Shown here in pieces: positions 54,273 through 64,000 of a DNA stretch of 64,000 bases; position 1 is the first letter of the stretch, and the number at the start of each line of letters is the position of its first letter. The notes under the pieces are model-generated. The model saw only the letters and a list, made by a program, of their open reading frames with translations, was not told the DNA's origin and ran no database searches. The stretch is from an uncultured Nitrospiraceae bacterium. Lineage in GTDB: Bacteria; Nitrospirota; Thermodesulfovibrionia; Thermodesulfovibrionales; SM23-35. The DNA lies in assembly GCA_963727775.1 (NCBI GenBank), contig CAVSHB010000001.1:192001-256000 (forward strand), in the 5' to 3' direction. Position numbers and translations under genes: made by a program.

Positions 54273-54732
54273 TGTCGGTCTCCATAAAATCTCCCCTCCC
54301 ACCCTTTTCCAAAGGGGGCTGAAGGGTAATTATATTCAGAGGGCCTAAAGCCTTTACCGTCTTTACCATATCATTAATTGTTTCCACGAATTTGTCGGCT
54401 TCGCTCGCAGAGACCCAATCCAGTCTGACTCTTCCTTCCTCGATCCCAAACTGGCTTAACATCCGTCTTAAGAGATGAAATCTGCGGAGCGCTTTATAGT
54501 TGCCTTCCTTATAATGGCAATCACCGGGATGACATCCGAGTATCATTACTCCGTCAGCCCCCGACTGAAATGCCTTGAGAACAAACTGCGGATCGATCCT
54601 GCCGGTGCACATTATCCGTATGACCCTAACGTTTGGGGCGTAGGTCTTCCGCGCGCTGCCTGCGGCGTCCGCGCCTGCGTAGGAGCACCAGTTGCACAAA
54701 AAACCGACTATCTTGGGCTCAAATTCTTTTAT
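54265..54732 (-). CDS. mvhD: Hydrogenase iron-sulfur subunit MvhD
   Basis: FEPKIVGFLCNWCSYAGAD, CTGR, GCHPGDCHY. The conserved N-terminus begins at an ATA codon. Confidence 0.9.
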   Translation of the reverse strand: MKEFEPKIVGFLCNWCSYAGADAAGSARKTYAPNVRVIRIMCTGRIDPQFVLKAFQSGADGVMILGCHPGDCHYKEGNYKALRRFHLLRRMLSQFGIEEGRVRLDWVSASEADKFVETINDMVKTVKALGPLNIITLQPPLEKGGRGDFMETDIV

Positions 54733-56768
54733 TTCAGTATCTCCTCTATTTCAGCGAATATCTGTTGTGTGGTAAAATGCCTGCTTTGTGCAGCTCCGCT
54801 CGGACATGCCGCAACACAGGTGCCGCACCCTTTGCACAGGACTGTATTGACCACGGCGACCTTTTTTTCTTTGTCGAGGACTATTGCTTTATACGGACAT
54901 AATCCTATGCAAATCATGCATTCCGCACAGGCGTTAGCATTGATTTCGGCGGTCATTACATCCAGCTCCAATTTTCTGCCCGGCACAAGAAGTGACAAAG
55001 CCTGGCCTGCTGCCGCGGAAGCCTGTGCGACCGACCCCTGTATATCTTTCGGCCCCTGTGAACAACCGGCAATAAATATCCCCTCAATGTTCGTGGATAC
55101 CGGCGCAAGCTTGGGATGCCCTTCAGTGAAAAATCCTTCTTTGCCCCGTGCGATCAAAAGAAGTTCCGACAGCCTGGCTGAATCTTTTGCGGGGACCATT
55201 GCAGGGCAGAGTATTACCATATCGGCAATAACATCATTCTTTTTCCCTGAAATATCCTTGCAGGACAGGCGGATCGTATCTCCGCTCTGTTTCATATCAA
55301 CGTCCATGGGCAGCGACGTATGTATAAACGTGATATTGCTCCCGGCCTTAACAGAATCGAGAAAAGCCTGGTTGTCTTTTCCTGGGACGCACCAATCGGC
55401 ATATATGTCATAAACCTTGACAGACGGCAGATGTTTTTTCGCCATATGTGCAAATTTCAGGGCATACAGACAACAGACCCCTGAACAGTAATCCTTATGG
55501 TATTGGTCGCGGCTGCCTACACAATGAATAATTGCGATTGCTTTAGGCTCTCTGGAATCCTTCATTAAAAGTTTTCCGCCTGTAGGACCTGTTTGAGAGA
55601 GTATCCTTTCAAATTCCAGACTTGTATATACTTCCGGTATTTTGCCGTACCCGTACCGGGGAAGGACCGAAACGTCGAATAGATCAAATCCTGTCGCAAC
55701 GATTATTCCGCCGACATTTCTTTCAAGGACTTCATCTTTATCATTATAATTTACAGCATCAAACATACACGCTTCTTTACACAACGTGCAGTCATTGTTG
55801 GTGAATTTTTCGTATTCTTCCTTTGTTATTAAACCTGTCTCCAATGCTTCCCTGTAAGTTTCGATATTCTGGCCGCCGAAACGAAGACAACTTTTTGTGT
55901 CAATGAGCGGCACATTCGGCAAAGAACCTGTATACGGCACAAATATCGCTTTGCGGTCGCTGAGATTATAATCGAATTCATTCTTAACTTTTACAGGACA
56001 ATGATCATAACATGCGCTGCAGCCGATACATTTTTCCTTATCGACATAACTTGCTTTTTTAATGATTTTCACTACGAAATTTCCCAGGAACCCTAAAACT
56101 TCCACTATTTCACTGCAGGTCAGCAATTCGATATTGTCATTATGAAGGACCTCGTCCATTTTTGGCTCCAGCATGCACGAAGCGCATTCCATCTTCGGGA
56201 ATACGTCTTCATACCTTGCGACCCTCCCGCCGATAAAAGAATTCTTTTCAACGAGATAAACCTTTCTATCCGCCTTGGCAAGCATTAAGGCAGCTTCCAT
56301 CCCTGCGGGTCCGGCGCCGATTACGAGCACGTCGGAATTGCAATCAATTTCTTTTTTCTCAAGGGGTTCATGTAATGCCACCCGCGCGACGGCCGCTCTT
56401 ATATATGCCTTTGCCTTTTCCGTGGCGCTGGCTTTGTCGGAAGTCACCCAAGCGACCTGCTCTCTGATATTTACCACCTGGAGCAAATAGGGATTGAGCC
56501 CGGCTTTACGTAGAATATTCTTAAAGGTATTTTCGTGTTCTTTCGGGGTGCAGGCGGCAATAACTACCCGGTCGGGTTTTTCCTTGATGATATCATCGGC
56601 GAGAAAACTTTTTCCGTCTTCAGAACAAAGGAGAGGAGCTATTTTTACGTATGAAACATTCTCTAAGGCGGAGGAAAACCGAACAAGCTCATCGATATCG
56701 ACGTTGTCGGAGATATTCGTCCCACAGGTGCATATATAAACACCTACATTAACCTTCATAACTCCCAC
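54729..56768 (-). CDS. hdrA: Heterodisulfide reductase subunit A-like flavoprotein
   Basis: GVYICxCG, AACTP, NIREQ, GAGPAG, CVGSRD, CS.VCC, GCSQGPKDI and ferredoxin motifs. Confidence 0.93.
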   Translation of the reverse strand: MGVMKVNVGVYICTCGTNISDNVDIDELVRFSSALENVSYVKIAPLLCSEDGKSFLADDIIKEKPDRVVIAACTPKEHENTFKNILRKAGLNPYLLQVVNIREQVAWVTSDKASATEKAKAYIRAAVARVALHEPLEKKEIDCNSDVLVIGAGPAGMEAALMLAKADRKVYLVEKNSFIGGRVARYEDVFPKMECASCMLEPKMDEVLHNDNIELLTCSEIVEVLGFLGNFVVKIIKKASYVDKEKCIGCSACYDHCPVKVKNEFDYNLSDRKAIFVPYTGSLPNVPLIDTKSCLRFGGQNIETYREALETGLITKEEYEKFTNNDCTLCKEACMFDAVNYNDKDEVLERNVGGIIVATGFDLFDVSVLPRYGYGKIPEVYTSLEFERILSQTGPTGGKLLMKDSREPKAIAIIHCVGSRDQYHKDYCSGVCCLYALKFAHMAKKHLPSVKVYDIYADWCVPGKDNQAFLDSVKAGSNITFIHTSLPMDVDMKQSGDTIRLSCKDISGKKNDVIADMVILCPAMVPAKDSARLSELLLIARGKEGFFTEGHPKLAPVSTNIEGIFIAGCSQGPKDIQGSVAQASAAAGQALSLLVPGRKLELDVMTAEINANACAECMICIGLCPYKAIVLDKEKKVAVVNTVLCKGCGTCVAACPSGAAQSRHFTTQQIFAEIEEILK

Positions 56769-56966
56769 TCTTCCTCTTTGGTCCGGGGACTAAACATTTT
56801 TCTGATCCTTTTACATTTTGTAAGGACCTTGCTATGCTTAATTATGCTTAATATATGCTCAAATGTCAATAAAATAGAAGCCCTCTGTTTCTTATCTTAA
56901 AAAAAGACCAAAATAACTTGTGCGGATGTAAAATACACTTTATAATATCAGCTTGGGTAATGCTGT

Positions 56967-57042
56967 GGGCGGTTAGCTCAGCTGGGAGAGCACCACGTTC
57001 GCAACGTGGGGGTCGAGGGTTCGAATCCCTTACCGTCCACCA
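56967..57042 (+). tRNA. tRNA-Ala(CGC)
   Basis: GGGCGGTTAGCTCAG...TTCGCAA...GGTTCGAATCC...GTCCACCA; G3:U70 pair. Confidence 0.96.
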
Positions 57043-57156
57043 ATCCTTTCCCGATGTTTCAATGACTTATCTTCGCGGAGATAGCTGGAAAACAGCCTGC
57101 AAACAGTCCACAAATAATTAGTGCCGCAATAGCTTTTTAACTCTAAACTATTTCAA

Positions 57157-59154
57157 CTAATTTGCCCATAATACTGTCCTGTTTTTACCCCTCATTTTGG
57201 CTTTATAGAGTGCCTTGTCAGCATTTTGTATTAAATCTTTTCTGTTTGTTCCGTCATAAGGAAAGGACGCAATACCGATACTGACAGTTATGCAATCCTT
57301 TGGGAAAACATTCCATGTGCGGCGCAAGGATCCTCCGACAGACTTTCGTATTCTTTCAGTAACCAGCAATGCCTCATCTTTTTCTGTCTGGGGCATGATT
57401 ACCGCAAATTCCTCTCCACCGAATCTCGCTATGACATCAATGATGCGTAAGCTGTCCTTTGCGATATTGGCAACTTGCTTCAATACCTCATCACCAGCCA
57501 GATGCCCTTCTGAATCATTGAAGAGTTTAAAATCATCTATGTCTATCATTGCCAATGAAAAGGACAGATTGTGACGTTTTGAACGCTGGATTTCCTCAAA
57601 AAATCTTTCCTCAAAATACCTTCTGTTGAAAAGGCCAGTCAGAGAGTCAGTTATGGATAACTCTTTCAGGTGTCCGGCAAGACTGTAATAGATTGATCGC
57701 TCAAGAGCGATAGTTGCGAATGATGCAAAAGATTTGAGTAAAACCATGTCTCCTTCTGAAAAAACCTTGCCAGTGATTTTATCAGAGATGTTCAGAACAC
57801 CTAAGGTCTGTTCTCCAATTTTCAGCGGTATGCTTATAAAAGAACCTGTTCTGTATTTCGGTCGTCTTCTGGACAAACCCAATTCAAGCTTTTCGATGTC
57901 ATCCACCATGAGGGGAGTTCCTTCTCTAAAAACCCACCCGGCTATTCCTTCACCTACCTTAATCTTTATCTCGCCCAGAAGTCTTTTATGTATTCCCTTT
58001 GCAGCTTTTACCGTAAGAAATGATGTACCTTCGTCTGCAAGCATCAAAGAGCCTTTTTCCGCATCCGCCAGGTGTACTGACACGTCAAGGATGGCCTCAT
58101 ATAGCATATCAGGTTCTTTTAGCGGGGTGATACGGGCTTTAGCTGTATTTAAAACGTCTATCTCCTTTATATATTTATCGTAGAAGCAATGTAATTCCAT
58201 AAGCCTTAATACAAAGCCTGTTACTCTGCATATTTCCATGATAATATCAGCCTCTTCGTGAGGGATATCAGAGTTAAAGATGTTTAAGATTCCCACAACA
58301 ACATTTTCAGATAGAATGGGGAATGCATAAATGGAAGTAACTTCTTCCGTGAACCCCAGTCGCAATAAATCCATTGCAGATTCGGAAAAAATCGGGCCCT
58401 GTTTTTTGAGCACACTGGATATGATACCTGTAGCCTTTATTGGTATTGATTGGACCTGATCTTTTAATCTTCCTGCTGACTTTTTGGGGATAAACATATC
58501 CTTGTCCTTAATCAGGATAGAGGCGCTGTCAGCGTTGAACAGGAAGAGTATAATGTCCAGTATCAGGTCATAGAATTCTTCAGTCGGTTTATCCAACTTA
58601 ATATCGGATAGCAGGCTTATAACGATTTTCATTAGTCTGAATCTTTTTTCGTTCAGCCTGCCTTTATGGTTACTCTTCAGGACGAGATTAAATATTGAAC
58701 CTATATATCTGGCAGTATCTTGAATATTTGAATGACTATCTATGCGGATATCCGGATACCATGATTTCATCTTATAGGGAAGGAGACCATAAGACGACCC
58801 CTCTTTTTTATAAAAATTTTCAAAATCTTCTAAAGAAAGGTATATGGAGCTGCCTTTAATAATAAGGATTGAATTATCAACGCGAAACGGAACAAAGAAA
58901 TGGCATTGACCTGTAGGGCATTTGAATATAGAAACAGTATTTGAATGAATTGCCTTCTCAATGCTGGTCTTTACGAACTCTTGAAACTCAACTCTTCCCT
59001 TCGCAGTCGATTTAATAACAGACAGGAGTCTGTCCTCTTTTACCGGGGGCACGACAATATTTCCGCTTTTACCATAAAGGGCAATGGACAGATCTGTCAG
59101 ATGTGACAGGTGAGTCAGCAAAGAGGATAGAGTATCAATATCAAGGGATTCCAT
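57157..59154 (-). CDS. PocR-like/GAF/GAF-GGDEF diguanylate cyclase
   Basis: GAF motifs; DSLTGLFNRR; RIID I-site; GGEEF. Confidence 0.9.
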   Translation of the reverse strand: MESLDIDTLSSLLTHLSHLTDLSIALYGKSGNIVVPPVKEDRLLSVIKSTAKGRVEFQEFVKTSIEKAIHSNTVSIFKCPTGQCHFFVPFRVDNSILIIKGSSIYLSLEDFENFYKKEGSSYGLLPYKMKSWYPDIRIDSHSNIQDTARYIGSIFNLVLKSNHKGRLNEKRFRLMKIVISLLSDIKLDKPTEEFYDLILDIILFLFNADSASILIKDKDMFIPKKSAGRLKDQVQSIPIKATGIISSVLKKQGPIFSESAMDLLRLGFTEEVTSIYAFPILSENVVVGILNIFNSDIPHEEADIIMEICRVTGFVLRLMELHCFYDKYIKEIDVLNTAKARITPLKEPDMLYEAILDVSVHLADAEKGSLMLADEGTSFLTVKAAKGIHKRLLGEIKIKVGEGIAGWVFREGTPLMVDDIEKLELGLSRRRPKYRTGSFISIPLKIGEQTLGVLNISDKITGKVFSEGDMVLLKSFASFATIALERSIYYSLAGHLKELSITDSLTGLFNRRYFEERFFEEIQRSKRHNLSFSLAMIDIDDFKLFNDSEGHLAGDEVLKQVANIAKDSLRIIDVIARFGGEEFAVIMPQTEKDEALLVTERIRKSVGGSLRRTWNVFPKDCITVSIGIASFPYDGTNRKDLIQNADKALYKAKMRGKNRTVLWAN

Positions 59155-59172
59155 GATACCTTGTTGCTTCTT

Positions 59173-59320
59173 TTATGGTTTTTGTAAAAGTTCGCCTATG
59201 CTCAAATTCAGCAAAGGATGCCTTAGATCGGGTGCAATCTCGTACAGGGGTATGAGAACAAAGCCCCTCTCATGCATGCGCTTAAATGGCAGCATTACGT
59301 CCGGATCGAATTGCAGATAT
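59173..59320 (-). pseudogene. folK: C-terminal relic of FolK (HPPK)
   Basis: LP..RMHERGFVLIPLYEIAPDLRHP.L...I.ELL; N-terminus absent. Confidence 0.75.
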
Positions 59321-59573
59321 CGAATCAGCTCTGAAAGAATATACTCCTGAGTGGGATCTCCTCCCGATAGATAAGCCCGCAATAAGAGAGAATAACATTG
59401 TAAAAAGGAAATTATCAATGCGAAGGCTCTACGGCTTGTCTGGGGTAAAGGGATGAGACCCTGGCGAAGTCCTGGGGCCTTCTATTTAAGGATTCGGTTA
59501 TAATGTTTAAGATTTCAATGGAACTAATAAATGCAGAGTGCAGGAAATGAAAATAATTTATAAGGAGGGTTGC

Positions 59574-59987
59574 ATGAAAAAAGTTATAGCCCTGGTAGCA
59601 GCAGCTTTCGTGATTATTGGTTGTGCCTCAGTTGTTCGGGAACTCGACCAGGGAGCTGTCGGGAAGATTCAACAAGGAATCACGAAAAGCCAAGTGCTTG
59701 ACCTTATCGGAATTCCTGATAAAGCTTTCTATACAGGGGATGGTGATGTCATTTGGTCATATATTTATGTCCCGGCACCAGTTAAGGCTGCTGCAGTTAT
59801 TCCAGCAGTAAGTCCTCCTGCGCGGGTTGCAAAAACACAACAGCAATCGTTGACGATTACCTTTGGGCCGGATGGGGTTGTGAAAAATATCACGAGCGCT
59901 GAGGGCGGGAAGGAAGCAGACACCAAACTTTCCCCGGGCGGCAAAGTTGATATGCCTAATATTGAGGAAAACAAGAGTCCAAAATAA
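59574..59987 (+). CDS. SmpA/OmlA (BamE-like) lipoprotein
   Basis: Lipobox IIGC; I.QG.TK.QV..L.G.P, W.Y, L.ITF..DGVV. Confidence 0.8.
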   Translation: MKKVIALVAAAFVIIGCASVVRELDQGAVGKIQQGITKSQVLDLIGIPDKAFYTGDGDVIWSYIYVPAPVKAAAVIPAVSPPARVAKTQQQSLTITFGPDGVVKNITSAEGGKEADTKLSPGGKVDMPNIEENKSPK

Positions 59988-60248
59988 ACGCTGGCTGAGA
60001 TATGAGACGTACGCCGCCGATCACCATAATGATTACAAGGTTTTCCTTTCTTGCCCGCCCAATTCTATCTATGGTAGATGATTGTTCATTGCCGCCGAGC
60101 TTCAGAGGCCTTATCAGGCGGTTTGCATCTTATAAACTATTCGAGGTGAAGTGCCACTGCCTTCGGTAGACCTAACAATTTGACTTTACTTTAATTTAAG
60201 AAGATGTCATCATGGAAAATTAATATCTTATTTAAGGGGAGGATAAGT

Positions 60249-61259
60249 ATGAAAAGGTTTGGCAGCATACTCATTATAGGAGTTGTAATACTCTTCCTTT
60301 CATGTTTTATGACGAGCTGCGGAGGCAATGGCGCAAGCACTTCCAGAGGGGGCGGTCCAGATGCATCGCTTACGGCTTCCAATGCCCAGCAGGTCGGTGA
60401 TGCGGTAGCACAGGCAGTGAAACTGGTAGCCCCAACTGCTGCACTGGGAGACTTGAAAGCGTCGAGCATTTCCTCCATGAATAGGCCGCCGCTGGTAAGC
60501 ATCCTCGAGAAGGTTATGTCGGTCTCCGGGAATGGTATTACTGCGGAGCATATAAGCTCGCTTACTACAATTCATGACAATTGCACAAATGGAGGGAGCA
60601 TTAAGATAGACATAACCGGTGTAAATCCATTCAATCAGACTATCGATGCTGACATTAATGTTAATTCTTGTACGATTGGGACACAAACGTTGAATGGCAC
60701 AATGGAGGTGGAGTATGTTGTGGGGTCAATTGATGCCCTTACAAATCCTACGTTTGATAACCTTAAGAACTTCAAACAGGTTACCATTACCACCTCGGGC
60801 TTCACCTATGCAAACACTGAGAGTGAGGATAAAGTCACCTTGACCAGCCTTACCCTGGTATTGAAAAATTTTACCTATAGTGGAAATATTCTTACAGGTG
60901 GTTCGATTACATTGGGAGGTATTGTAACCGGAATAATAGCCGGTGAAACGATAAATATTGAATGTGACAGTTTCGGGCTCCTGTTCACCGAAGATTCAGC
61001 CAGCGACGTAACAGTGTCGGTATCGGGCAGAATAAAACCCTCATGTCTCAGTGGCTGGGTCAGAATTACTGCGAATTCACCAGTTTCCCTCCCTGTAAAT
61101 GCCCCTTGCCCTATTGGGGGTGATATAGTTGTTTCAGCTGGTGGAAATAATGTAAATGTGATTATTGACGCTGATTCCAAAATAACTATTTATTTCAACA
61201 ACGATTTGGTTCAGACGTTTAATAGTTGCGACGATGTTAAAGGGTTCTGTGGTGGTTGA
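60249..61259 (+). CDS. Hypothetical lipoprotein, beta-rich
   Basis: Signal with SCGG; Thr/Gly/Val-rich; GGAGG RBS before MKRFG. Confidence 0.75.
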   Translation: MKRFGSILIIGVVILFLSCFMTSCGGNGASTSRGGGPDASLTASNAQQVGDAVAQAVKLVAPTAALGDLKASSISSMNRPPLVSILEKVMSVSGNGITAEHISSLTTIHDNCTNGGSIKIDITGVNPFNQTIDADINVNSCTIGTQTLNGTMEVEYVVGSIDALTNPTFDNLKNFKQVTITTSGFTYANTESEDKVTLTSLTLVLKNFTYSGNILTGGSITLGGIVTGIIAGETINIECDSFGLLFTEDSASDVTVSVSGRIKPSCLSGWVRITANSPVSLPVNAPCPIGGDIVVSAGGNNVNVIIDADSKITIYFNNDLVQTFNSCDDVKGFCGG

Positions 61260-61596
61260 AAATAGAAAGAATCAAAAACTTAATGGTATGAATTAATATA
61301 GCCTCCTTTATACTTAATTATGAGTAAGAAAAGCTTGAATTTCCGGTTTGTGCCAATCATGGTGATTAAAGAACTAACACTTCTGTCATTTCATCCGAGC
61401 AAAAAATCATAGTTTATGAACAAGGGTATTATTTTCTTAAATTATACGATATAAAAAAGTATGCTTATAAAAGTGATGTATCAAGATGGCAAAATTTGAG
61501 AGATAGAAAACGTCCTTTGTAAACCGCAACAGATTTTTTATCAGCTACTTCATCTTCCTTGAAAGAGCCCTTGTCAAGACCTTCATCTCGGAAGAA

Positions 61597-63493
61597 TTAC
61601 CTTTCCAAAACTTCTCTTATTTTTGTCAACAGTTTTGTAGGCGATACCGGTTTCAAGATAAACTCAGACCCTTTTTCGATAATACCATTGATATGATCTG
61701 CCGGGTACCCGCTGGTGAAGAGGACCTTCATGTCAGGACTTGCTTGCTTTATCTTCTCATAAACCTCTCTGCCGTTCAGGTTCGGCATGATGACATCAAG
61801 AAGTACAAGCTGAATTTTATCCTTGTATATATAAAATTTGTTTAACGCATCCTCACCGTCCACCGCTTCTATCACTTCATATCCGTATTCATTAAGCAGC
61901 TCCGTGGTAAATTCTCTCACTTCGGTTTCATCCTCTGCCAGCAGGATTGTCTCCGTACCTGTCTTGAGTAGCTGCATCACCTCCGGTCTTATCTCTTCTG
62001 CCTTTGCCTGTATCAATGGCAGATATATCCTGAATGTCGTCCCTTTCCCCGGTTCACTGTAGACATTTATATATCCCTCATGCTGTTTAATTATCCCGTA
62101 TACCATGGCAAGTCCAAGTCCTGTACCCTTTCCGACCTCTTTTGTCGTAAAGAAAGGCTCAAATATCTTCTCCCTCGTCTCTCTATCCATACCAACTCCT
62201 GTATCCGTCACTAATATGAGGGCATACATCCCTTCTTTACCAAAACCATGCTCCCTGATGAACTCGGGATCAATATCAATAGCGTCTGTAGAGATAGTCA
62301 GCTGACCTCCTTTCGGCATTGCGTCCCTTGCATTCGTTGCAAGGTTCATCAGCACCTGTTCTACCTGCACATGATCTGCCATAACAATTGTGTCTTTCTC
62401 TGCAAAACTTGTTTGTATCCGGATATCCTCTCCTATAATCCTGAGGAGCAATTTCTCTACTGCTCTGATAATCTCATTGAGATTTACCGGCTTTGGATTC
62501 ATCACCTGTTTTCTGCTGAAGGCAAGAAGGCTCTGGGTCAAATTGGCTGCCCTGTCTGATAAGGAAAGGATATGATCGGCAAATGTCCTCAGTGGATCAT
62601 CTTCCTTCAGCTTCATTTTCAACAAATGGCCATATCCTATCATTGCAGTAAGGATATTGTTGAAATCATGTGCAATGCCTCCTGCAAGTTGGCCTACCGC
62701 TTCCATCTTCTGGGCCTGGATGAGTTGTTCCCTGAGCTTCTGCTGTTCTGCCTCTGCCTGTTTGCGCTCGGTGAGGTCTCTAATATTACATTGGATTATC
62801 TTGTGCTGGTCTACCAGATAGACATTGCTGACAAACTCCACATCGATCTTTCGACCAAAGGAAGTCTTCAGTGGCAGGTCTTCATAACGCATGTATTCCT
62901 TCTGCTGCAACGCCAAGAAGTTATCCTTGTTTGCAACGATATCCTTGAATAATCCCAGTTCCCATAATGTTTTTCCAATGATTTCTTCACGCGAGAACCC
63001 CAACAACTCCATCAAAAAAACGGATTCACGTCCACGACCATACCGGTCTCAGCATCGAGAATGAGAATGCCGTCTTTCGCTGTCTCGAAAAGCCGCCGAT
63101 ACCGGATCTCTGAATCTCGCTGTGCTGCCTCAGCACGCGCGCGCCCGGCTTCTTTCTCGGCAAACTCCATCGCAAAGGAAACGTCCATCGCCAGTTCGTC
63201 CAGCAGTTTGAGTTCCCCCTCATCGAAAAAATTCGGTTCGGCAGCATAGAAATTGAGAGCACCCCGAATACTGCCGAACACTCGCAGGGGGAACGACGCC
63301 GAGGAACGCAAACCCAGTTCGAGCATTGTCTTCTGACAAGAAACCAGACGATCATCCTGCTCGATCAAGTTACAGATAACATTCCGTCCTTCACGCAAGG
63401 CGCTGTCAATCGGGCAATAGCTCCGGGGTTCGTCCTCCAATGAGATACTGATTTTTTCCAGATAGCCATCGGCTTTTCCGGCAGATGCGACCG
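61597..63493 (-). pseudogene. GAF-PAS hybrid histidine kinase, frameshifted and IS-interrupted
   Basis: ORFs 63012-63440 and 61597-63015 join across a T7 run (NPF|LMELLG). Homology to the 8.1-kb GAF stops near 63493. Confidence 0.85.
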
Positions 63494-64000
63494 CTCGTAA
63501 TTCTTTGGTTGAAACATCAATAAGGCCAATCCATACAAAACGTATTTTCTTTTATGAAAACACCCATAAATGCTTATATTACAATAGATTACCGTGTATT
63601 TGGCTTTTAAATGTAGCCATATAATATAGCATTTTATAGTTGACATAGTGGTAATCATATCCTATAATAGTAGCCATGCCATTTAAAAAGAAGCCACGCC
63701 CCCATCTCGAAATACAGACTTCCGGCAATAAGCACTACGGCGTTATTCGCACTACCTTCCGTGAGAAGGGCGAAATCAGGCACACGACACATGGGACCAT
63801 TAAGGATATGAGTCTTGAACAACTAAAGCTCATACAGGCCGCCTTCAGGGGCGATGTGCTGGTAAAGGGTTCAGCCGACGCTCACAAAATCGCGGAATCG
63901 AAAGAGTACGGCGCTTCCTATGCGGTATTGCAGTTGGCGAAGGAATTAGAGTTGGACAAGATGATTTATTCGAGATATTCCGAGCAGTGGGTTAAAGACT
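63494..64000 (+). mobile_element. IS1634-like element (partial; left end approximate)
   Basis: Abrupt break in the kinase followed by an AT-rich leader and a transposase-like ORF. Confidence 0.65.
63676..64000 (+). CDS. IS1634-like transposase N-terminus (runs off window)
   Basis: MPFKKKPRPHLEIQ...YGVIRTTFREKGEIRHTTHGTI...SKEYGA...LAKELELD. Confidence 0.7.
   Translation, partial: MPFKKKPRPHLEIQTSGNKHYGVIRTTFREKGEIRHTTHGTIKDMSLEQLKLIQAAFRGDVLVKGSADAHKIAESKEYGASYAVLQLAKELELDKMIYSRYSEQWVKD

Overview
Bacterial chromosomal window, probably from an anaerobe of Nitrospirota/Desulfobacterota type (inferred from gene content only). The left 29.6 kb is a decaying accessory region downstream of tRNA-Pro(TGG). 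It holds five IS elements with readable ends (IS21 with a passenger gene, IS1202/ISNCY, IS1380, IS3, IS256), toxin-antitoxin, HNH and integrase relics, stress genes, a c-di-GMP/adhesin module and two tandem terminase-small-subunit paralogs. The middle is core genome: pilF-like TPR gene, mfd, hisG, yggS-proC-yggT-divIVA-hisS, a TatD-radical SAM fusion and apgM. It also contains a small UGA/SECIS selenoprotein missed by the ORF track. Next come an hdrA-mvhD-mvhG-mvhA-tusA-CZB chemoreceptor operon and tRNA-Ala(CGC). A second accessory region on the right ends in a frameshifted, IS1634-interrupted hybrid kinase. No CRISPR array, rRNA or reverse transcriptase was seen. All family calls come from motif recognition by eye, not database searches.
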